Part shown: positions 36,017 through 44,803 of the stretch, one piece after another
Numbering within the stretch: position 1 is the first letter of the stretch
How the letters are laid out: every line of letters starts with the position of its first letter
Source: an uncultured virus (IMG/VR IMGVR_UViG_3300018413_000001)
Lineage: Duplodnaviria; Heunggongvirae; Uroviricota; Caudoviricetes
Length of the DNA: 64,000 nucleotides
Virus record (IMG/VR): IMGVR_UViG_3300018413_000001
Direction: 5' to 3' (one strand)
Notes under the pieces: generated by a model
What the model saw: the letters and a program-made list of their open reading frames with translations, nothing else
What the model was told of the DNA's origin: nothing
Database searches by the model: none
Made by a program: the position numbers and the translations under genes

Positions 36017-36406
36017 TTAAAACACATCGGCCAGCGGGTCGGCGGCAGCCTCCACAGCCGCGCCTCCCGCCTTCTTCAAAAACAAAAACGTCACGAACCG
36101 TGGAACGCCACGCTCGTCGGACTGGTCCACCAGCGCCACGGAGGCGTGCTGCAACAGCAGATGCACGGCCTTGTCCATGCTGGCCAGCGGGATGCTGGCC
36201 TCGGCCAGCGAGTAATCCCACGGCTCCAGTGACAGCTCCAGGTATTCGCATAGGCCGGTGCCCGCCAGCCATTCATTCACCCTGTCTGCGTCGTCGCCGT
36301 AGCAGACGAACTTGCCGCCCCAGTTGAAGAGGCCGATGTCAGCGCGTGGCGAGGCTGACTTGATGCGGGAGTGCCGCTGCCTGATGATGTCAATGAGTGT
36401 GTCCAT
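36017..36406 (-). CDS. Stand-alone MutS domain I-like protein
   Basis: IKSASPRADIGLFNWGGKFVCYGDDA...SIP...LL...VALVDQ follows the MutS_I pattern K..P..I.LF..G.FY..F..DA...G.P...L...VA..EQ. Confidence 0.55.
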   Translation of the reverse strand: MDTLIDIIRQRHSRIKSASPRADIGLFNWGGKFVCYGDDADRVNEWLAGTGLCEYLELSLEPWDYSLAEASIPLASMDKAVHLLLQHASVALVDQSDERGVPRFVTFLFLKKAGGAAVEAAADPLADVF

Positions 36407-36411
36407 GGTGG

Positions 36412-36765
36412 TCAGAGAATTCCTTGGTGAATGGCTCTGTCTCCGTGTTCCATTTCAAAGCCGTGGGAGTAATACCCATTGTGGTAATTCCACAGAGTGA
36501 GGAAACGTTCACCATTGTCTCCAATCAGGCGAAAAGAAACCTGCCCACCACCATTGGAATCGCTGGAGGTTTCCATGAACTCAGTATCAAAGTTGAAACC
36601 GTCTGCGCCTTCATTCTTTTCGTGCTCTTGGTCCTTTTCTTTGGGCTTGGTCTGAGTGATCATCCAGCCGAAATTCTCACAACACGACTGGCCGTAGTCA
36701 AACCCGACCAGCACATTGTTGTCATCCACAAAGTTGATTTTGCCGTTTTTCTCAAAGATTTTCAT
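36412..36765 (-). CDS. Hypothetical phage protein (QSCCE / NGYY motifs)
   Basis: 117-aa ORF with QSCCENF and HNGYYSH. Confidence 0.65.
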   Translation of the reverse strand: MKIFEKNGKINFVDDNNVLVGFDYGQSCCENFGWMITQTKPKEKDQEHEKNEGADGFNFDTEFMETSSDSNGGGQVSFRLIGDNGERFLTLWNYHNGYYSHGFEMEHGDRAIHQGIL

Positions 36766-36773
36766 AATGTGTG

Positions 36774-36980
36774 CTAGTTGATTGTTTTTCCTGTTTTAAC
36801 TGCTGCTGATTTTTCCGCATACTGCCATCCAACGACCGACGCGATCCCGCACTCGCTCCAGAGCCACTGCTTGGCTTTTATCGGTGTTGTGGTCTCCATG
36901 CCGTTGGAGATCTTGACGAGAATCTTGGTGGACTCGTGGCAAGGCATCGGGTCACCCGGCTTGTGTGGGATGTAGGTCAT
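36774..36980 (-). CDS. Hypothetical protein
   Basis: 68-aa ORF with ATGA overlap. Confidence 0.55.
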   Translation of the reverse strand: MTYIPHKPGDPMPCHESTKILVKISNGMETTTPIKAKQWLWSECGIASVVGWQYAEKSAAVKTGKTIN

Positions 36981-37369
36981 GGCTGGTTTTTCAAGGTTTC
37001 AATCCGTTTATCGAGTGCTGCCATGTTTTGGCGGTGTTTGAACACCATCTCAGCACGCATTGCCTGCGTTGCTTTCAACTCAGTGCTGAAGAGGTTACGT
37101 TTACCTTGTGAAGATGTCCTTTCCCAGCCCTCACCGTGGCAGGTAGGTGATGAACACACTTTATATACACCTTCACCGATGCCACGAAAACTGTTGAAGT
37201 CCCACCCTTTGGTGAGACGCATTCCAGACTCTTCATATGATGGCGCTGGTAGGTCACGTTCTGGTGTTGGCTCATCTTTGAGTTCAGATTCAGCACGTCT
37301 TGCCCGTTTTTCGAGTTCTTCAATGTGGCGCTGCACCCACAAAGGCAGCTTTGATAATTTGTCTTTCAT
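36977..37369 (-). CDS. Hypothetical protein
   Basis: 130-aa ORF starting KLSKLPLWVQRHI. Confidence 0.6.
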   Translation of the reverse strand: MKDKLSKLPLWVQRHIEELEKRARRAESELKDEPTPERDLPAPSYEESGMRLTKGWDFNSFRGIGEGVYKVCSSPTCHGEGWERTSSQGKRNLFSTELKATQAMRAEMVFKHRQNMAALDKRIETLKNQP

Positions 37370-37370
37370 C

Positions 37371-37820
37371 TCACTTCTTCCCTTTCTTCGTTGGTTTCCT
37401 GTTCTTGTGCTCCTTCAACAGCAGCCACGCCATCTGACGTGAGCAGCCCATGGCCTCGGCGTTCTCGCGGGGCGTCCTGCTTGCGTCGAACCGGCTGCGG
37501 TCATACACACGCGGCCTGCCGGAGCCACCGGGCAGCGGCTTGGTGCAGGCTGGCACCTTGTGGGTTCTGCGCCATTCGCGCACCGTGTCCGGGTGGCATT
37601 CATAGATGAACGCAATGGTGGTGTCGTGCTGCGTGAAGTCGGCCTTGCTCAGGTCCACTGTGACGGGTCTGCCGGGCGTTCTGGTGGTGTGAGGAGCATG
37701 GACGGCCCTGTGCTCGGCCACGGTGTTCTCGTGGCATCCCAGCATGCGTGCTAGGGCGGCGTTGTTGTGTCTGGTCCATGGCTGGGACGGCCAGTGGACG
37801 GCTAGGGCGGGACGAGGCAT
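37371..37820 (-). CDS. Tandem HTH repeat DNA-binding protein
   Basis: Three HTH-like units: ALARMLGCHENTV, TIAFIYECHPDTV, ENAEAMGCSRQMA. Confidence 0.65.
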   Translation of the reverse strand: MPRPALAVHWPSQPWTRHNNAALARMLGCHENTVAEHRAVHAPHTTRTPGRPVTVDLSKADFTQHDTTIAFIYECHPDTVREWRRTHKVPACTKPLPGGSGRPRVYDRSRFDASRTPRENAEAMGCSRQMAWLLLKEHKNRKPTKKGKK

Positions 37821-37891
37821 GATGGTGAACTGGGGGATGGTGTAGGTGATGGCCGGGGGTTGGTCAAGCAGATTCGTTACTTATTGTGTTT

Positions 37892-38197
37892 TCATAATGT
37901 CTTCCTGTGTTTCTTGATGTGTTCTCTGACTGCTGTTCTGCTGCACCCCACGAGGGCTGCAATCTCGCTCACCGGCATCCCCCAGTCCGTCACCCGGTCC
38001 CACGGTCTGCGGGGCATGGGCGCGTGGGCCTTGTAACGGTTGCTGCCGGACCCCGGCTTGCGCGGAGCCTTGGGCAGGTTGTTCCTTGTGCGCAGGCTCA
38101 CGGCTGTCACGTATGAGCAGCCGAGGATGGCTGTGGCTTGCTGGTGGGTCGTGTTAGCCCAGTCCGTGATCTTGGTGAGGTCGTAGCAGGTGGGCAT
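37892..38197 (-). CDS. Tandem HTH repeat DNA-binding protein
   Basis: Two TDW-HTH units: ATAILGCSYVTA and EIAALVGCSRTAV. Confidence 0.65.
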   Translation of the reverse strand: MPTCYDLTKITDWANTTHQQATAILGCSYVTAVSLRTRNNLPKAPRKPGSGSNRYKAHAPMPRRPWDRVTDWGMPVSEIAALVGCSRTAVREHIKKHRKTL

Positions 38198-38201
38198 GGT
38201 G

Positions 38202-39433
38202 TCAGTTCATCCGGGGTGGTCTGCCTTTGGTCCTCGCACGGGTGGTGGCGAGGGCGAGACGGGCAAGGTTGTTGAGCGGGTTCCATTGCTTGGGCTGAGG
38301 TTTGACATTGCTCATCCAAAGCATTCCGTTCTCAACCCATTGCTGGCGGCGTCGCTCCGGCTTGTGGCCTTCATCAAACACAAACCAGCAGGCTCTGCAC
38401 TGCCCATTTGGATAATGCTTGCTGGGATGTCCACAGCACGGGCACATCTTTGTTCGTGGTGTGCTCATTGCTGCGCCTCCGTCCGTTTGAAGCTTTTGCT
38501 TACCATATCGTCATGGGCTTCCCTTTTGGCTCTTAAATCACCAAAATCACACCATACTAAGAAAGCAACCAAAAGCATAATACAGAACACAATTGCGAGG
38601 CATTGGCCGTCTGACATCGGGTTTGATTGTGCGCTCATTGCTGTGCCTCCGTGAAGTTGGCCGCCTCTTTGATCCGTCTCCACCGGGGGCGGAACACGGT
38701 CTCGATGTTGTCGGTCACACGGTCAGCCGGGTGCGCCCTGCGTGCGGGAGGCGTGCTGTGATCGCTGAAGTAGAGAACCTTCTTCACCGCCTCGTCGAGG
38801 TGGCGGAGTCCTGGGGACGTGACAGCAACTTGTGGAGGCCCCAAGGGGTTGCCGTGCAAGTCGAGCGGCACTTTGGCCGTGTGGGTTTTCCCGGCGTATG
38901 GTGATGTGGTCGTGGTGTTCATGGGTTGTGGATGATGCTGACAGGGTGTGCATATTCGTGATACGGTTCAAGGCAGACGGCCTGCATGCCGCGATAGCTG
39001 TTTGGAAATGCGGCGATGAGGCTTTCACGAAAGACATCGTGGATCAGCATGTCATGGCCCCAGTGAAGCCAAGTAAAATGACAGGTGTCGTACCATTTGC
39101 CGGACTCTTTGAAAAAGTCCACCCGGCATTGGTGTGGGTCATTTGAGTAGTTGCTCATGGCTTTTGTATTGGTGAGCCCTGCTTGGGCTGCTGTGGTTGT
39201 GAGGGTGCCTGCTGCCGGGCCTGCGCGTGCTCAAGGGAGTCCACGTAGGACTCCAATGACATGGCGCGGGTGTCGGCAATCTGGCTGTTGATCTGTGCGG
39301 TGAGACGTGAGGAGATCATGGGAGTGGTTTAATGGCAATACCCCAGCAGCACGGCACCGAAGGCGCAGGCCATGAGGATGACAATGGCGGCCTGTACGAA
39401 GGCGGACGGGTCTTGTGGTTCGAGCGGGTCCAT
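38202..39433 (-). CDS. Run of six small hypothetical genes (38202-38468, 38465-38638, 38635-38922, 38919-39158, 39155-39319, 39329-39433)
   Basis: Contiguous minus-strand ORFs, mostly with ATGA overlaps; two have a single hydrophobic helix. Confidence 0.55.
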
Positions 39434-39446
39434 GGTGTTGTTACTG

Positions 39447-39475
39447 ATTTTGTGTTGAAGTTGTGGGTTTGTCAA
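39447..39475 (-). promoter_or_regulatory. Sigma70-like early promoter
   Basis: TTGACA-17 nt-CAAAAT upstream of the gene starting at 39433. Confidence 0.5.
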
Positions 39476-39510
39476 CAGGGACGGTTTAAAAAGTTTCCGG
39501 TCTGCCCTGC

Positions 39511-40116
39511 TTATGGTGTGGGTGCTTCCCATGGCTGAACACCGAGCTGGACGGCCAGACGGCGCAGCAGGCACATGCGCAGCCCGGTTTGCTCGTGCGT
39601 CGGGGTGCCGAGCTGGTCGAGCCATTGATGCAGGGTTTTCCGCTCCTCCGCATAGATTGTGGCCTGCGCCTGCTCTGCCTGGCGTTTGCCGGGCTTTCTA
39701 GGCGCTTTGATCCCTTTGGAGTATCGAGACCTTGCCGATGATACTGCGCCACGTGTGAGGCCACGGGCTTTCGCAATCTGGCTGTCATGCTGTGTCCAGT
39801 CTTGGCCAGCCCATGCAAAATTAGTGTGGCGCGGGCGTTGGAGGTGCCGGGCATACTCCCTGCGTTTTTCCCTCACTTGTGTGTTAGAGCACCCAAGAGC
39901 TTTCGCTATTTGGGTGTCGTTTTTTGTTTCCCATGGTTGACTGCGCCAGTCCACGGCAAGGCGTTTGTGGGGCGTCACCGGGGCAATTTTTGCTTGGCGT
40001 CTGCGACGGCAAATATTTGAAGCGTGGCACCCGATTTCTCGGGCAATCTGCGCATCCGATTTGCTCCAATCAATTTTGGAGTTTTTGGGTATCTTGTTCC
40101 GTTTGGTGTATTCCAT
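39511..40116 (-). CDS. Tandem HTH repeat DNA-binding protein
   Basis: Three W-x(3-4)-D-x-QIA units: DWSKSDAQIAREIGC, WETKNDTQIAKALGC, DWTQHDSQIAKARGL. Confidence 0.7.
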   Translation of the reverse strand: MEYTKRNKIPKNSKIDWSKSDAQIAREIGCHASNICRRRRQAKIAPVTPHKRLAVDWRSQPWETKNDTQIAKALGCSNTQVREKRREYARHLQRPRHTNFAWAGQDWTQHDSQIAKARGLTRGAVSSARSRYSKGIKAPRKPGKRQAEQAQATIYAEERKTLHQWLDQLGTPTHEQTGLRMCLLRRLAVQLGVQPWEAPTP

Positions 40117-40205
40117 ATTTGTGGCGCGTGGTTTTTAAAACGCTCCCCGGCTCGCGATGGCTGGTCATGCCATAGACGGCGGGGGCGGTGGCGGGCGGGC
40201 TGGTG

Positions 40206-40532
40206 CTAGGCCGGACGGCGTTTGATCCGGTAGGTGCCGCCTTCGTTCTCACGGTAGGTCTTGAGCTGTGCGAGTGCTTCCTTGCGGGTTTCCTCAACGC
40301 ACAAATCCTCCCATCCATGAACGCCGTAGTTGCCCTGCAATGCATGCTCATACTGCGCAATGTAGGCGGTCCCGGCAGGCATGCGCTTGACGGGTGCAAG
40401 GCCATCGTGAGCACGGCAGGAGTTGTAATCCCAGAGTGCCTTCGCACGATAAGATTCGCGGCCTCCCGTTCTGACTGTGGTTGTGTAGCTGCCGACTTCG
40501 GCGGTCGGTGGGACTTTGACGACGTATTTCAT
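40206..40532 (-). CDS. Hypothetical early protein
   Basis: 108 aa from MKYVVK; C-terminal LQGNYGVHGWEDL...YRENE...YRI; ACAGGAAA leader. Confidence 0.65.
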   Translation of the reverse strand: MKYVVKVPPTAEVGSYTTTVRTGGRESYRAKALWDYNSCRAHDGLAPVKRMPAGTAYIAQYEHALQGNYGVHGWEDLCVEETRKEALAQLKTYRENEGGTYRIKRRPA

Positions 40533-40574
40533 AATCTGCTTTCCTGTTTTTGTGTTGTTATCTTGCTCTGTTTC

Positions 40575-40645
40575 TAACGGTCTCGTCAGTGGGGGCACTA
40601 CCCTCAGACCGCCCCGCGTGTGCGGGGACGGTTTCGACCTGGTTA
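40575..40645 (-). ncRNA. Hammerhead ribozyme, type II
   Basis: Minus-strand RNA GGUC-GAAA-CCG(U)CCCCGC-ACAC-GCGGGG-CG-GUC^-UGAGGG-UAGUG-CCCCCA-CUGACGA-GACC contains the full catalytic core and three stems. Confidence 0.88.
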
Positions 40646-40795
40646 CTTGCGGGCTTCCATGGCCTGCCGGGCTCGCTTGTACGTTTTGTACACTCTCACG
40701 TTCCCAACGTGGTTTGTCAGAATCCACCGGGGCGGGTGCCCGAGGAAATGGCCGAGGCGACAAAGCCAAAGTTTGAGCCGTTTTTGGGGTTTCAT
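40643..40795 (-). CDS. 50-aa basic hypothetical protein (below ORF-track cutoff)
   Basis: MKPQKRLKLW...AMEARK*, TGATG coupling with upstream gene. Confidence 0.55.
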   Translation of the reverse strand: MKPQKRLKLWLCRLGHFLGHPPRWILTNHVGNVRVYKTYKRARQAMEARK

Positions 40796-41007
40796 CAGAC
40801 CGGGCCTCCAATGTGGATGGATTCGGACAATGGAGCGTGCGATTTATCAAGATAGCTTTGCGCTTCTTCCTTGGAGGGGAAAGAAACTGCAAAGAAGTCA
40901 GGGCCGGGAGGCATAGAGAAAAACTCCACCATGCCGGAGCGATTGCTGAACAGCGTTTTCACGCCGTATGGGGTGTCTAACAGGATATTGAATGGATTGC
41001 TGTTCAT
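40795..41007 (-). CDS. Hypothetical protein
   Basis: 70 aa from MNSNPF with A/C-rich leader. Confidence 0.5.
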   Translation of the reverse strand: MNSNPFNILLDTPYGVKTLFSNRSGMVEFFSMPPGPDFFAVSFPSKEEAQSYLDKSHAPLSESIHIGGPV

Positions 41008-41078
41008 AGGTTTGTGGCTGGCGTTGTGCCATCCGTGCCGCCCCGCTGGCGTGGAAACCTGCGGGGCGGTGTCGGGTG

Positions 41079-41537
41079 TCACTGGATCTCGCTCAACTGC
41101 TCCAGCTCCGCTTCCGTGAAGAAGGCCCGCAGGCGCTTGGCGAATGCCGAGCAGCGGCGGAACGTTTGCAGGGCTTTGATGCTGTCTTGGCTGTCCCCAT
41201 ACTCGGAGCACCATTCCGCGAACGTGGCGGGGGTGTACGCGTCTCTGCTGATGCAGGCGAGCACGGCGTAAGGGCGGACGGTTTGAATGCCGTCCTCGGC
41301 ATCCTTGATGCTGCCCCAGAAGTCGAACGTGAGACGTGGAGAATGCACCTTGCCATAGTTTGGCTCAGTCCATTTCGTTTGCTTGCCCTTGCTCAACGTC
41401 ACCCGGTAATGGTGGCCGTGTCTGCCGTTGTCACTCCATGCCGGGGCCTTGCTGTCGCTGAGCGTGGCGCGGAACTTGATCCCATTGGACGAGAGGAAGT
41501 GTTCGGCCTTGATGTCATATTCGTTTGTCGTTTTCAT
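41079..41537 (-). CDS. Hypothetical early phage protein
   Basis: 152 aa, HYRVTL...FDFWGS...PYAVLACI...TFAEWCSEYG. Confidence 0.7.
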   Translation of the reverse strand: MKTTNEYDIKAEHFLSSNGIKFRATLSDSKAPAWSDNGRHGHHYRVTLSKGKQTKWTEPNYGKVHSPRLTFDFWGSIKDAEDGIQTVRPYAVLACISRDAYTPATFAEWCSEYGDSQDSIKALQTFRRCSAFAKRLRAFFTEAELEQLSEIQ

Positions 41538-41622
41538 ATGTTTTGCTTTTTGACGTTTTGAGCGGGTGTCGCCCCCGTTGGTTTCTGTCTTTCCTAACGC
41601 CAGCGTTCACCGCTGGAAACTG

Positions 41623-42024
41623 TTAAATCGCGCCCGCTCCGCCCTGCTTATGCTGACGTTCATGCCAGTTGGGGGAGTGGCCGTTCCAAGCCCCGTTGAC
41701 GCGTTCAAAGGATGCGTTGAACGGCGTCAGCTTGTAAACCCCTTCGCGCCCTTCAATGGTGAAGCTGAAGCCACGGGATGCCTGGCGCTTGCGGTTGCGT
41801 GCCACCCTGCCGGCCTTGACCGGGCGCAGCATGCCGTCCATGCCCCCGCCATGCCATATATGCCGGAAGTTCTCGGAGGCAATGACGGCATTGGTGGAGC
41901 TGGACACCTCCCGGCTCTCATGGAGAGCCCGGCTGGTGAGGCCCGACTTCAGCGCAACGGCCTGGGTGAGGATGTCGGCATCCGAGGAGCCGGTGATGTT
42001 GAATGTGCGGTTGTGCGTGTTCAT
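41623..42024 (-). CDS. Hypothetical early protein
   Basis: 133 aa, AAAGGAAC leader, downstream of promoter. Confidence 0.6.
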   Translation of the reverse strand: MNTHNRTFNITGSSDADILTQAVALKSGLTSRALHESREVSSSTNAVIASENFRHIWHGGGMDGMLRPVKAGRVARNRKRQASRGFSFTIEGREGVYKLTPFNASFERVNGAWNGHSPNWHERQHKQGGAGAI

Positions 42025-42070
42025 AAAGATATGTTGTTCCTTTCTGGTCTGCCCTGCTTATGTGAAGGAC

Positions 42071-42108
42071 GTTACTAAATTAGTAACATCAAGCCGGGGG
42101 TTTGTCAA
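42071..42108 (-). promoter_or_regulatory. Early promoter with overlapping palindromic operator
   Basis: TTGACA (42108-42103) followed 17 nt later by TACTAA inside the perfect palindrome GTTACTAA-A-TTAGTAAC (42071-42087). Confidence 0.55.
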
Positions 42109-42185
42109 AAGTATTTGTTTAAAGGCTGAAGGGATGCACGGGGGCCGGAGCGCGGGTTATGTGCTAGGGGCCTTTGTGCGATGTG

Positions 42186-43193
42186 CTAGGCTTTCACAAA
42201 CTGATACAGGAAAAACTTCCCTGCATTGTCGGGATGATCTTTGCCCCCTTGGTCCCTGTCAACGGCTGCAAACTTGGCTCCGTTGTGTGATATCTCATGC
42301 TGACAATCCGCAATTGCTGCGGACAATGTTTCTCTTGGCTCGCCTAGCTTCTCCATGGCGTGGATCATTACACGAGCGCGGTATCTTGTTTTATGCTCCA
42401 TATTATCTCCTGTTTTATTGTTGTTTCTGCCCTGTCGTTTCGACACTCAAGGCGTTGTTGCCAGAATGCCGAATACAGGGCAGGAGGGAGGCCGGGGCGG
42501 GTGGTTATCCCGCATTGTGCGGCCCTGGGTGCTCCCCCTATCGCGATTCCTCAATCACGTAGTGAACCGATGGGGCCGCATCCTTCAGAGCTTTGAGCCA
42601 GCGTTGCGCCGTCCGTCTGCTCCGGGCTTCGTAGTCCCAAGTATTGCGGTTGCGCCCCATCCCTGACACAACGGCCGGGCGGAACGGGATTATTGTCTGC
42701 ATGATGCACCAGGCCTTTGGTGTGTTCTGTCTGTTCATGGTATCTCCTGTTTTTGGTTTCCTGTCGGCATTTGTTGTGAACGCCTCCCCTTTGTCCCCTG
42801 GGTGGCTTGCGAGGCCACATGAGGGGGCAATGGGGAAGTGCCTGTTTATTGAAGCCGGTGTTTGCGCTTCTTGTAAGCCAGATGCTTTTCAAGCTCGCTC
42901 ATGGTGAAAACCGTGTGCTGGTGACTTGATCCGCATCCGCAGCTAGTACGGCTTTTCAGCTTGTGGTGGCCCCAAGCCTGATCTTTGAACCATGTTTCAA
43001 AAGAGAGCGTGTGACGCCCGTTCGTGAAACAATGGGACAGATAGTATCGTGTGCCACCCAATGCACTGATCCGCGTGGAGTGCGAATAGTTGTAATTGAA
43101 CCGTGCCGCGACAGGGGAGCAGGGATGTTCAGCCCACGAAGGATGAAACCCCTGTCCACAACCATTGTCATTCTCAAGTATTGGCTTTTCCAT
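42186..43193 (-). CDS. Three small early genes (42186-42401, 42538-42738, 42846-43193)
   Basis: Each ATG is preceded by the AAAACAGGAGA leader. Confidence 0.65.
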
Positions 43194-43321
43194 ATTCTGT
43201 TTTGTCTCCTGTTTTTAGTTTGTGTTCCCTTTACCCGTCCCGCCGTTGTGGCGTTCAATCCTGCCCTGTCGGGGAGCACTGGCTAGGTGCTAGGCCCTCA
43301 GGGCAGTGGTTGAGCGTCAAT

Positions 43322-43867
43322 CTATGCGATGGCGCAAAGCTCCATGCTTTCCTGCTCCTCTGCTTCGCGCATTTCCTCGTCTTCTTTTTCCCTATATTCG
43401 CGTTCAGTCTTCGCCACGTCTTCAGCGAGAGAATCAGCCGCACGGGCTGCATCAATCTCTGATTCATAGGCTGAACTTTCCACGTAACTGGCCATGCTTT
43501 CTCCCATTGACCAGCCAGCAAGGAAACCCCTGCCATGGGGGAGGCACATAACCAGCCCTCTGATCTTATCGCCGTGCCCGTCTTCGTCTGTAAACCATCC
43601 TGTGTGATCCACGCGGCTGCCGTCAACTTCGTCGCACCATTGCCATCTCAGGCCCGGCATGAAGTCGGAATCAAGATAGAATGATGTTCCCTTGCAGTCG
43701 TTCGGTGCCGGACTGGTTGAGTACGGCCCCGTACATGGGTTTTTGTAATGCTCCAGCCTCTTGGCCTTGCTGCCCTTGGACAGAGTCCATGCCCATTTGG
43801 GGAACTGGAACCCTGCAAAGGTGAATTCTGGCGTTGGAAGGCTGAACCGTTTCGTGTGTTGCTGCAT
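43322..43867 (-). CDS. Hypothetical early protein
   Basis: 181 aa, HTGWFTD...IRGLV..LPHGRGFLAGW, acidic coiled tail; AAAACAGGAGA leader. Confidence 0.7.
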   Translation of the reverse strand: MQQHTKRFSLPTPEFTFAGFQFPKWAWTLSKGSKAKRLEHYKNPCTGPYSTSPAPNDCKGTSFYLDSDFMPGLRWQWCDEVDGSRVDHTGWFTDEDGHGDKIRGLVMCLPHGRGFLAGWSMGESMASYVESSAYESEIDAARAADSLAEDVAKTEREYREKEDEEMREAEEQESMELCAIA

Positions 43868-43913
43868 GATGTTTTGTCTCCTGTTTTAGTGTTCTCTGCT
43901 TTGTAGGCGTTTT

Positions 43914-44246
43914 TTAGCCTTCCTCTTCACACTGCCAAAAACCAAAGTCTGAACCGTCCCCTGGGTGACTGCCAAAATAGCAGCCTTCAGGAGCGGCCTC
44001 GCTGAGGATCTCTGTCAGTTCATCCAGCTTCCATTGAGCCTCTTCAGAATCATACCATTCTGAACTGTCCCCTTCGTCCTGCACATGAGCAGGGATGAAA
44101 GAGAACGGCTGGACCATGACTCCCTCATAGTGGTCAGGAGCGTACTCCTGAACTGCATCAAGGAATGCTTGTAGCAAGTCCTGGGTGCGCAGAGTGCCGT
44201 GGGATACTGAGACGTTGATCATATCTAATGAGCTTCCTGTTTTCAT
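43914..44246 (-). CDS. Acidic hypothetical early protein (first gene of leftward operon)
   Basis: 110 aa, SHGTLRTQDLL...APEGCYFGSHPGDGSDFGFW; AAAACAGGAGA leader. Confidence 0.7.
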   Translation of the reverse strand: MKTGSSLDMINVSVSHGTLRTQDLLQAFLDAVQEYAPDHYEGVMVQPFSFIPAHVQDEGDSSEWYDSEEAQWKLDELTEILSEAAPEGCYFGSHPGDGSDFGFWQCEEEG

Positions 44247-44378
44247 CTTGTTGGTTTCTCCTGTTTTATTGTTCTCTGCCTTGTGGCAACGAGCACAATA
44301 TGGAGCATGGCCGTGAATTAATCAAGGACTTATTTTACATTTTGATGGATTCTTTGCCCCTCCAATGATGATATGGCG

Positions 44379-44803
44379 GGTGGACAGGTGGACAGTTCAA
44401 CCCGGCACCTGTCCACATGGAGCCGATTTTTACCGTTTTCGGTCTCCGAGTCCCCCCATTTATTATATCATGTTCAACTCAGAGCACCCTACAATATGTC
44501 AAAACAAGCCAATTGATATTATATCACGGTCAAAAACGGTCAGCAGGTGCCGGGTGGACAGTAGTGAAAGATTTGCTGTCCACCCAACTGTCCACCCATC
44601 TTAATGTCATTAATGATATTATATCATATTCAATTCATTGATAATCAGTAATTTATGAAGAATGGATATTAGTTAAGATGTGTTAAGTGACAGGATGGAC
44701 AGTACTTTTGGGTTAATTGCAGTAACATGAGAGAAATATGAGAGAAGAAAAAAAGTACAAAGGGAGAGCGACTAGCGGAAAGTTGTGTCTGTCTGTCCAT
44801 CCC
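44379..44803. repeat. Array of GTGGACAG/ATGGACAG boxes in both orientations in an AT-rich gap; candidate replication origin
   Basis: Forward boxes near 44380, 44388, 44554, 44695; reverse boxes at 44409, 44576, 44588, 44793. Confidence 0.6.

Noticed and set aside
40786..40800. Second hammerhead core (minus-strand CUGAUGA)
   Set aside because: It is the TGA/ATG junction of two genes, and I could not build the three stems with a GAAA around it.
40206..40892. 228-aa ORF as listed in the track
   Set aside because: The upstream part spans the hammerhead and two other small genes; the leader motif supports a start at 40532.
41545..41622. Possible HDV-like or twister ribozyme in a structured intergenic gap
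   Set aside because: Short hairpins are present but the conserved catalytic motifs and topology could not be matched by eye.
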